Shown here: positions 1 to 7,023 of the stretch, one piece after another | How positions within the stretch are numbered: position 1 is the stretch's first letter | Layout of the letters: every line of letters starts with the position of its first letter | From: Salinivirgaceae bacterium | GTDB lineage: Bacteria; Bacteroidota; Bacteroidia; Bacteroidales; SZUA-534 | Reading direction: 5' to 3' | Length of the DNA: 64,000 bases | Assembly: GCA_024405635.1 (NCBI GenBank) | Contig: JAKSOL010000010.1 | Span: 2,128 to 66,127, forward strand | Made by a program: the position numbers and the translations under genes | Notes under the pieces: model-generated | What the model saw: only the letters and a program-made list of their open reading frames with translations | What the model was told of the DNA's origin: nothing | The model's database searches: none

Positions 1-347
1 GACGCACAATATTTACACATTGCATTTACTACAATGTTGACGAAAGCAAGCTAACAGCAAAAGCACAAGCCGAGCTTGAAGAAGTTATTAAGTTCCTAAT
101 GGACAATCCAAACATTGGAGCCGAAATAAACGGTTATGCCGACCAAACAGGCGGCAGCGAGCACAACATTGATTTGTCGCAACAACGAGCACAAAACGTT
201 ACAAAACACTTGCTAAACAACGGAGTGGACCGACGGAAACTGATAACAAACGGGCACGGAACGTCGCTACGAAACGGCAAAACCGAAAACGGAGCAGTAA
301 ACTACCGTCGAGTTGAAATAATTTTGTTTGAACTTAAAAACAAGTAA
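1..347 (+). CDS. OmpA-family peptidoglycan-binding domain protein (C-terminal part; 5' end lies outside the window)
   Basis: Frame 3 is open from the window edge (..NVDESKLTAKAQAELEEVIKFL..) to the stop at 345-347. It carries the OmpA C-terminal-like signature NGYADQTGGSEHNIDLSQQRAQNV...YRRVEI. Confidence 0.85.
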   Translation, partial: RTIFTHCIYYNVDESKLTAKAQAELEEVIKFLMDNPNIGAEINGYADQTGGSEHNIDLSQQRAQNVTKHLLNNGVDRRKLITNGHGTSLRNGKTENGAVNYRRVEIILFELKNK

Positions 348-351
348 AGCC

Positions 352-897
352 ATGACAACAAAAAGAACCATATTGATGTCGGCATTGCTTTGCTTGCTGA
401 CACTAACAACAAAAGCCCAATATGCCGAGTACGAAATAAAGGCTGCATACATTTTCAACTTTGCAAAATTTATAGAGTGGCCCGAAACCGAAACCACGCC
501 CTCCGACTCTATCTATTTATGCATTTACCAAAAAGACCCATTTGGTGTTATTTTGGAAAAAACCATGGTTGGACGCACAGCCAACGGCAAAAGTTGGAGC
601 ATAAAACGTATAAATAGTTTGAAAGAAGTTACCAAATGCCACATCTTGGTAATACCAGACATAAGCCAACACAATGTAACTAAACTACTTAAAGAAATTG
701 GCAACAAACCAATACTAACCATTGGCGACGAAATACCAAACTTTTGCAATTTGGGTGGTATAGTAAACTTTACGCCTCAAATGTCAAAGTGTCAGTTTGA
801 AATGAACAACGATGTTGCTTGCGGCAACCGTATTCGCATAAATCCAAAATTGTTGCAATTGGCAAAAATCATATCAAATAAAGAAGATGAATTTTAA
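352..897 (+). CDS. YfiR-like periplasmic protein (DUF4154 family)
   Basis: An ATG at 352 lies 4 nt after the upstream stop. There is a signal peptide (MTTKRTILMSALLCLLTLTTKAQ) and the DUF4154/YfiR hallmark IKAAYIFNFAKFIEWPE. The 328 start in the ORF track is a TTG that overlaps the upstream gene. Confidence 0.75.
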   Translation: MTTKRTILMSALLCLLTLTTKAQYAEYEIKAAYIFNFAKFIEWPETETTPSDSIYLCIYQKDPFGVILEKTMVGRTANGKSWSIKRINSLKEVTKCHILVIPDISQHNVTKLLKEIGNKPILTIGDEIPNFCNLGGIVNFTPQMSKCQFEMNNDVACGNRIRINPKLLQLAKIISNKEDEF

Positions 898-3148
898 AGA
901 CATATCCATTAGGTCAAAGATCTCAATCTTAGTGGTGGGTATATGCTTAGCCACGCTGATTGTGTCTAGTTTATTGTTTTTTGTATTCGATAGCCGTCAA
1001 TACAAAAAAATGATACTTGAAAAAGTAACCATCACAGCCGATGTAATTGGAGGCAACAACACAGCCAACATCATTTTCAACAACCCACAAGAGGCCGCAA
1101 CAGTACTACGTACACTAATTGCCGACGATGGCATAAACGTAGCTCGCATATACGACAACGACGACAATATTTTTGCCGAATACATAAAAGAACCTGAGTA
1201 TGCAATGTCAAACCTCGATTTCATCACAAGCAACGCATCTCATAAATATGTAAAACGAACATTACTTGTAAAACGCCCTATTATTCTTGACAACGAGAAA
1301 ATTGGCGCAACATTTTTGAATTACAGCATGGAAGGATACTATGCCCGACGCATAAGTTTCATTCACTTTTTGTTAGGACTATTTACTGCTGCACTTATAA
1401 TTGTTTTGTTGCTAACTGTTAAACTTCAACGCATCATTTCAACCCCCATTATTAACTTGACAAACACGATGCGTAGCATTGAAAAAAACCTTGACTACAT
1501 TACAGTTGACGACAAAAGAAAAGACGAAATAGGCCAGTTAATAAATGGTTTTAACTCCATGATTACACAAATCAAGCAACAAAACCAAGATTTGGTACTG
1601 GCCAAAAACCAAGCAGAAAATTCTGCCAAAATTAAAGACCAATTTCTTGCCAACATGAGCCACGAAATTCGAACACCAATGAACGGTGTTATTGGTATGG
1701 CTAAATTGCTTGAAAACACTCCACTTTCAGCCGAACAAAAATGCTTTTTAGACAACATTTCAATATCGGCAAGCAACCTGCTAGTTATTATCAACGACAT
1801 TTTGGACTTCTCAAAAATTGAGGCAGGCAAAATGGAACTTGAAGAGATTGAATTTAATTTGAGCAACATAATTGACACATTAAATGTAGTTTACACCAAA
1901 ACAACCGCCGACAAACGCTTGTACTTTAAACTAAACATTGACGACAATGTGCCCAAAATGCTATGGGGCGACCCTACTCGACTAACACAAATACTGAACA
2001 ATTTGATTGGCAATGCCGTAAAATTCACCGAGTATGGAGGCATTACGCTCACCATAAAATCGCGTGAAATGTCGCACAACTTCACACATTTAAAGTTTAT
2101 TGTTTCAGACACTGGCATTGGCATCCCACAAGAAAAACAAGACCTTATATTCAAAAGTTTTTCGCAAGCAAGCAGCGACACGACGCGCAAATATGGAGGC
2201 ACAGGACTTGGACTTACCATATCGCGTCAACTGGCTTTAATGCACAAAGATGGAAACCTAACAGTTAGTAGCCAAATTGACAAAGGCAGTACATTTTGTT
2301 TCGATGTAACCTACAAACAAAGCAACGCCACCCCAGAACCTATTGTTAAGACTACTGAAAGACCAAAACCTATTGAAGGAAAAAACAGGGTTAAAGTACT
2401 ACTAGCCGAAGACAATGAGATAAACCAATTGTTTGTTAAAACAATTCTAAAACCATACTTTGATGTTTACTCGGCCGAAAATGGCAAAATTGTGGTTGAT
2501 TGGCTACGAAAAGAAGATTTTGACATTATTCTGATGGACTTGCACATGCCCGAAATGGACGGCTACCAAGCAACATCTGAAATACGAAAAATGGATGACG
2601 AACGAATAAACAACATTCCAATTATTGCATTAACAGCAGCTGCTATTAAAGGCGAACGCGAAAAATGCATCGACTCGGGAATGAACGACTACATTTCAAA
2701 ACCATTTAACCCCGATGAACTTATCGACAAGATTTTTAGTTTGGTAACGCCATCCGAAAACATTGCTAACAAGCCTGAAGAAAGCCCAAAAAGCAAAATC
2801 AAACCTACTGAATTCAAATACATAAACACCAAATACCTTGATTCAATAACCGACGGCGACGAAAACTTTCAACACCAACTAGTATCGATTTTTATTGATC
2901 AAGTGCCTGAACTTAAAAACAATATGCTTGAAGCATTTGAGTCGCACAACTACCATCGCCTATCAGAAGTTGCTCACAAGGCAAAATCTTCAGTTGCAAT
3001 GATGGGAATGAGCCAGTTACGCGAACACCTTGCTCGACTTGAGCAAAGTGCTAAAGAAGGCATTGAGGCTGAAACCTACAAAGAAAAAATTGACCTATTT
3101 ATTGTTACTTGCGAGGCCGCTATCGAAGAATGTAAAAACCTACTATAA
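887..3148 (+). CDS. Hybrid sensor histidine kinase (2 TM, periplasmic loop, HAMP, HisKA, HATPase, REC, Hpt)
   Basis: It overlaps the upstream stop by 11 nt. Two hydrophobic helices flank a roughly 120-aa loop. Motifs seen: H-box FLANMSHEIRTPMNGV, N-box NLIGNAVKFT, G-boxes DTGIGI and GGTGLGL, receiver VLLAEDNEINQ...ILMDLHMPEMDG...ISKPF, and a C-terminal Hpt motif AHKAKSSVAMMG. Confidence 0.92.
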   Translation: MNFKDISIRSKISILVVGICLATLIVSSLLFFVFDSRQYKKMILEKVTITADVIGGNNTANIIFNNPQEAATVLRTLIADDGINVARIYDNDDNIFAEYIKEPEYAMSNLDFITSNASHKYVKRTLLVKRPIILDNEKIGATFLNYSMEGYYARRISFIHFLLGLFTAALIIVLLLTVKLQRIISTPIINLTNTMRSIEKNLDYITVDDKRKDEIGQLINGFNSMITQIKQQNQDLVLAKNQAENSAKIKDQFLANMSHEIRTPMNGVIGMAKLLENTPLSAEQKCFLDNISISASNLLVIINDILDFSKIEAGKMELEEIEFNLSNIIDTLNVVYTKTTADKRLYFKLNIDDNVPKMLWGDPTRLTQILNNLIGNAVKFTEYGGITLTIKSREMSHNFTHLKFIVSDTGIGIPQEKQDLIFKSFSQASSDTTRKYGGTGLGLTISRQLALMHKDGNLTVSSQIDKGSTFCFDVTYKQSNATPEPIVKTTERPKPIEGKNRVKVLLAEDNEINQLFVKTILKPYFDVYSAENGKIVVDWLRKEDFDIILMDLHMPEMDGYQATSEIRKMDDERINNIPIIALTAAAIKGEREKCIDSGMNDYISKPFNPDELIDKIFSLVTPSENIANKPEESPKSKIKPTEFKYINTKYLDSITDGDENFQHQLVSIFIDQVPELKNNMLEAFESHNYHRLSEVAHKAKSSVAMMGMSQLREHLARLEQSAKEGIEAETYKEKIDLFIVTCEAAIEECKNLL

Positions 3149-3149
3149 T

Positions 3150-3491
3150 ATGATTATCAACAACGACATTACTGGTTGCGCCATTGTTTCACCAAACTTT
3201 AACAATCGCCGCATTACTGTTAGCAACGCTGAAGAGTTTAAAAAAGAATTATTTAAAGTACTTGACAACAACTACTTAAACTTAATTCTTAACCTAAAAG
3301 ACATCGACATTATTGATAGCACAGGTCTTGGCGTTATAATTACAAGTTACAACCGCGCACAAAACCGCAACTGCAAATTCAAACTTTGCAATTTAAGCAA
3401 CGCTGTTGCCAACTTGCTACACATGACTAAACTTGACCAAGCTCTTGACATTTATTCTTCAGTTGACGAGGCAGTTGCATCAATCAAATAA
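3150..3491 (+). CDS. STAS-domain protein (anti-sigma factor antagonist family)
   Basis: An ATG at 3150 lies 1 nt after the kinase stop. The SpoIIAA/RsbV-like motif IDIIDSTGLGVII retains the phosphorylatable Ser (Ser57, codon 3318-3320). The longer 3030 start overlaps the Hpt coding region. Confidence 0.85.
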   Translation: MIINNDITGCAIVSPNFNNRRITVSNAEEFKKELFKVLDNNYLNLILNLKDIDIIDSTGLGVIITSYNRAQNRNCKFKLCNLSNAVANLLHMTKLDQALDIYSSVDEAVASIK

Positions 3492-4927
3492 TGGAAACAA
3501 CAAAACTCAACGAGTCGATTTGGCATCAACTGTATGCGCAACAAACCGGCAACGAACCTATAAACATTGAAAAGCTACCTCGTTCTGGATCCGACCGCCA
3601 ATATGCTCGACTCACTAATGAAACTGGCGAAACTCTTTTGGCCGCTTTCAATCCTAATGTTGACGAAAACGAAGCCTATTTTGCATTTTCAGAACACTTT
3701 TCAAGATTTAACATTAACGTACCCAAAGTGTTGGCAATTGGCTCCGACAGGCAACACTATTTAGTTGAAGACATTGGCCGCGACTCGCTTTATGACCACA
3801 TAACACTCGCCAAAGGTGAGTTTAACAACCAACTCAACCAACTATACTGCAAAGCACTAACTGACCTTGTTCAAATGCAAGTTGTAGCAGGAAAAACAAT
3901 TGACTACACCAAATGCTTTCCAACCGACAAATTTGACCAAACCGCCATTGGTTGGGACCTTAACTACTTTAAATACTGCTACTTAAAGTTAGCTCACGTT
4001 GATTTTGACGAAGTTAAACTTGAACAAGATTTTGATGCTATAAAACAAGCCATTGCCAATATTGATTGTTCTGCATTTATGTTCCGCGATTTTCAGTCAC
4101 GAAACATTCTTCTGAAAAACAACACCCCATATTACATCGATTTTCAAGGAGGACGCCGCGGCCCACTTACTTACGATGTTGCATCGCTACTCTATCAAGC
4201 CAAGGCGCAATTGAGCGAAGATGTTCGCAACAAACTGTTTGACCATTACGCAACAGAATTGTCAAAAGTGAAAGCAATTGACAAAGCAAAACTATTTGGC
4301 GAGTTTAAACTATTTGCATTGCTACGAACTTTGCAAGTGCTTGGAGCTTATGGATATAGAGGATATTTTGAGCAAAAAACACACTTTATTTCAAGCATAC
4401 CATTTGCAATTGAAAACCTAAAAACACTATTGCAACAAAATTTGCCCATTGATTTGCCTTACATTAAACACATTGCTAATCAGTTAAATACGTCCAAAAC
4501 CATTTCAACCAAAGCCGACCGACTAACCGTTAAAGTGTTTAGTTTTTCATACAAACGAGGCATACCATTTGACGAATCTGGCAATGGCGGGGGATTTGTA
4601 TTCGATTGCCGTGGGCAACATAATCCAGGCCGATTCCCCGAATACAAAAACGTTACTGGTCGCGACCAAATGATTAAAGACTTTTTCAAACAAAACCCAG
4701 GCATCGACCAATTCCTTGATGATGCTACACGCACAGTTTCTCCTACCATTGAAACATATATGCGTCGCGGATTTGCTAGTCTAATGGTAAGTTTTGGTTG
4801 CACAGGTGGGCAACACCGTTCAGTTTATTGTGCACAAGGTTTTGCCGAACGTATAAGCAAACTATTTGATATTGATGTTGAACTTTGCCATCGCGAACAA
4901 AACATAACCGAAAAATTTAGCAGATAA
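3491..4927 (+). CDS. Fusion protein: AmgK-like (APH-fold) sugar kinase N-terminal domain plus RapZ C-terminal-like domain
   Basis: The start overlaps the STAS stop by 1 nt. The N-terminal domain has GSDRQYARL, FRDFQSRNILL and YIDFQGGRRGPLTYDVASLL, which are protein-kinase-like/APH motifs as in anomeric MurNAc/GlcNAc kinases. The C-terminal part (aa 343-478, nt 4517-4924) has LTVKVFSFSYKRGIPFD, FDCRGQHNPG, VTGRD and GCTGGQHRSVY. These align motif by motif with the E. coli RapZ C-terminal domain. Confidence 0.8.
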   Translation: METTKLNESIWHQLYAQQTGNEPINIEKLPRSGSDRQYARLTNETGETLLAAFNPNVDENEAYFAFSEHFSRFNINVPKVLAIGSDRQHYLVEDIGRDSLYDHITLAKGEFNNQLNQLYCKALTDLVQMQVVAGKTIDYTKCFPTDKFDQTAIGWDLNYFKYCYLKLAHVDFDEVKLEQDFDAIKQAIANIDCSAFMFRDFQSRNILLKNNTPYYIDFQGGRRGPLTYDVASLLYQAKAQLSEDVRNKLFDHYATELSKVKAIDKAKLFGEFKLFALLRTLQVLGAYGYRGYFEQKTHFISSIPFAIENLKTLLQQNLPIDLPYIKHIANQLNTSKTISTKADRLTVKVFSFSYKRGIPFDESGNGGGFVFDCRGQHNPGRFPEYKNVTGRDQMIKDFFKQNPGIDQFLDDATRTVSPTIETYMRRGFASLMVSFGCTGGQHRSVYCAQGFAERISKLFDIDVELCHREQNITEKFSR

Positions 4928-5647
4928 ATGGAAGCAATGCTATTTGCCGCTGGACTTGGCTCACGACTCCGCCCCCTGACAAACGACCGCCCCAAAGCCT
5001 TAGTTAAAGTTGCTGGTCGCACGCTACTTGAACACAATATTGCGGCACTTGAAAATGCTGGCGCAACTCACATTGTGATTAACGTGCACCACTTTGCCGA
5101 CATGATGAAACAAACTATAAGCAACATTAACTGCAAAGCAAAACTCACCATTTCCGACGAAAGCGAAATGCTACTTGACACAGGTGGAGGCATAAAACAC
5201 GCATCGCAATACTTTACAAGCAATAAACCTATTGTGGTTGCAAATGTTGACATTCTATCAAACATCAACCTACAAAAAATGTATGCGCAACACACTGAAA
5301 ACAAGACCATTGCAACTCTTGCCGTGCGCAATCGTAATAGTTCTAGAATGTTGCTTTTCAACTCAAACAACGAACTGAAAGGTTGGCAAAACAATAAAAC
5401 TGGCGAAGTGAAATATACAAGCAACGACCGAGACCTTAAACAATTAGCATTCAGTGGAATACACATAATTTCACCCGAAATTTTCAATTATTTCCCTACC
5501 GAAAACATATTTTCGATAATTGACTTTTATCTAAAATTAGCACAAACTGAGCGCATTGTTGGATACCAACACCAACAAGATTATTGGTTTGATGCTGGAT
5601 CGCCAGCAAAAATTGAAGAAGCCGAAAAATTTCTACTCACTTTATAA
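4928..5647 (+). CDS. Sugar-1-phosphate nucleotidyltransferase (MurU-like)
   Basis: The ATG immediately follows the upstream stop (taaatg). The N-terminal signature is MLFAAGLGSRLRPLTNDRPKALVKVAGRTLLEH. The size (239 aa) and the position next to an APH-fold kinase mirror the AmgK-MurU pairing. Confidence 0.75.
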   Translation: MEAMLFAAGLGSRLRPLTNDRPKALVKVAGRTLLEHNIAALENAGATHIVINVHHFADMMKQTISNINCKAKLTISDESEMLLDTGGGIKHASQYFTSNKPIVVANVDILSNINLQKMYAQHTENKTIATLAVRNRNSSRMLLFNSNNELKGWQNNKTGEVKYTSNDRDLKQLAFSGIHIISPEIFNYFPTENIFSIIDFYLKLAQTERIVGYQHQQDYWFDAGSPAKIEEAEKFLLTL

Positions 5648-5662
5648 CCACACAACTATCAA

Positions 5663-6382
5663 ATGATAAAAACTGCAAAAGAGCAATTTTTGCAAAAACA
5701 TAACTACCAGTCACTCAACATAAAAGCTGCGCTATTTGACATGGACGGAGTACTATTTAATAGTATGCCGTTACATGCCAAAGCATGGGTTGAAGCCTTG
5801 CGCAAACTTGGAATTAACTTTTCCGAATATGAAGTATATCTGAACGAAGGAAGAACAGGCTTTTCAACAATCGATGAGCAATTTTTAAAACAATTTGGCC
5901 GACATAGTACCGAACAAGAACAACGCGAAATATATGCTCAAAAAAGTGCCATTTTCAAATCGATGCCAAAACCTGCTCCTATTACAGGAACTTTGGATAT
6001 TGTTAAATACTTAGCCAACAACAAAATAGCCCGATTAGTAGTAACCGGGTCGGGAGAAGAAACAACACTAAACCGAGTTGCCGAACACTACCCTAACCTA
6101 TTTGACCGTAAACAAATGGTTACCGCACACGATGTTAAACTAGGCAAACCACACCCCGAGCCTTATTTAATGGGACTTAGCAAAGCGCAAGTTGCTGCAA
6201 ACGAAGCAATTGTAATTGAAAATGCTCCTCTCGGCATTAGAGCTGGTGTAGCTGCTGGCATTTTCACCATCGGAATAAACACTGGCATATTAAAACGCGA
6301 GGACCTTATAAATGCTGGCGCTGATTTGGTGTTTGACAATATGCACGAATTCTTACTATCTATTGAAGAAATAATACACTAA
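5663..6382 (+). CDS. HAD-IA hydrolase, beta-phosphoglucomutase-like (sugar-phosphate phosphatase or pyrophosphatase candidate)
   Basis: Motif I is FDMDGVLFNS, motif II is VVTGSG, and the motif III Lys is in GKPHPEPYL. Motif IV reads VIENAPLG, with E-N (6218-6223) rather than the usual E-D. Confidence 0.8.
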   Translation: MIKTAKEQFLQKHNYQSLNIKAALFDMDGVLFNSMPLHAKAWVEALRKLGINFSEYEVYLNEGRTGFSTIDEQFLKQFGRHSTEQEQREIYAQKSAIFKSMPKPAPITGTLDIVKYLANNKIARLVVTGSGEETTLNRVAEHYPNLFDRKQMVTAHDVKLGKPHPEPYLMGLSKAQVAANEAIVIENAPLGIRAGVAAGIFTIGINTGILKREDLINAGADLVFDNMHEFLLSIEEIIH

Positions 6383-6400
6383 TAATCAAACAAATACACA

Positions 6401-6949
6401 ATGAAAAAAGTTTACATTTTTCTAGCCGAAGGTTTTGAAACAATTGAGGCTCTGGCTCCTGTTGATGTGCTTCGACGCGGAGGGATTGACGTTGTAACAG
6501 TATCGATAACCGACAGCGAAACTGTTGCTTCATCGCACAAAGTATTGGTTAAAGCAGACACCACTTTTGCTAAAGCCAACCTAAGTGATGGCGATGCCAT
6601 TATTCTTCCTGGTGGTTTTCCTGGTTATGCCAACTTGGGAAAATCGGCCGAGGTTGGACAAACTATAAAGAATTACTACAACAGCGGCAAATTAGTTGCT
6701 GCCATTTGCGGCGCCCCTACAGTATTGAAAATAAACGAAATAGGTGAAGGTAAACTTATAACCTGCCATAGTTCGGTTGTTGCCGATATGGTAAACTACA
6801 ACTACACTGGTACAGCAACCGCTACCGATGGTAACCTTATTACTGCTGATGGTGCTGGGCATTCAATTGTTTTTGGTTGCGAAATATTACGCTATCTAAC
6901 CAACGACGAAACTGTTACTTCTGTTAGAGGCAAAATGGAGTTGAAATAA
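6401..6949 (+). CDS. DJ-1/PfpI family protein
   Basis: A 182-aa protein with the nucleophile-elbow AAICGAP and IILPGG, which is typical DJ-1/ThiJ-like architecture. Confidence 0.85.
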   Translation: MKKVYIFLAEGFETIEALAPVDVLRRGGIDVVTVSITDSETVASSHKVLVKADTTFAKANLSDGDAIILPGGFPGYANLGKSAEVGQTIKNYYNSGKLVAAICGAPTVLKINEIGEGKLITCHSSVVADMVNYNYTGTATATDGNLITADGAGHSIVFGCEILRYLTNDETVTSVRGKMELK

Positions 6950-6970
6950 TCTCTCAATAGTTGTATAAAC

Positions 6971-7002
6971 AAAAAAGCCACGATTAAATCGTGGCTTTTT
7001 TG
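6971..7002. terminator. Bidirectional rho-independent terminator between convergent genes
   Basis: The sequence aaaaaagccacga-ttaaa-tcgtggctttttt forms a GC-rich stem flanked by an A-run and a T-run. Confidence 0.8.
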
Positions 7003-7023
7003 TTTGAATATCAAGCTATTATA

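Noticed and set aside
3030-3149. A longer N-terminal version of the STAS ORF.
   Set aside because: The extension overlaps the Hpt-coding end of the kinase gene in another frame. The ATG at 3150 lies 1 nt after the kinase stop and yields a normal-length STAS domain.
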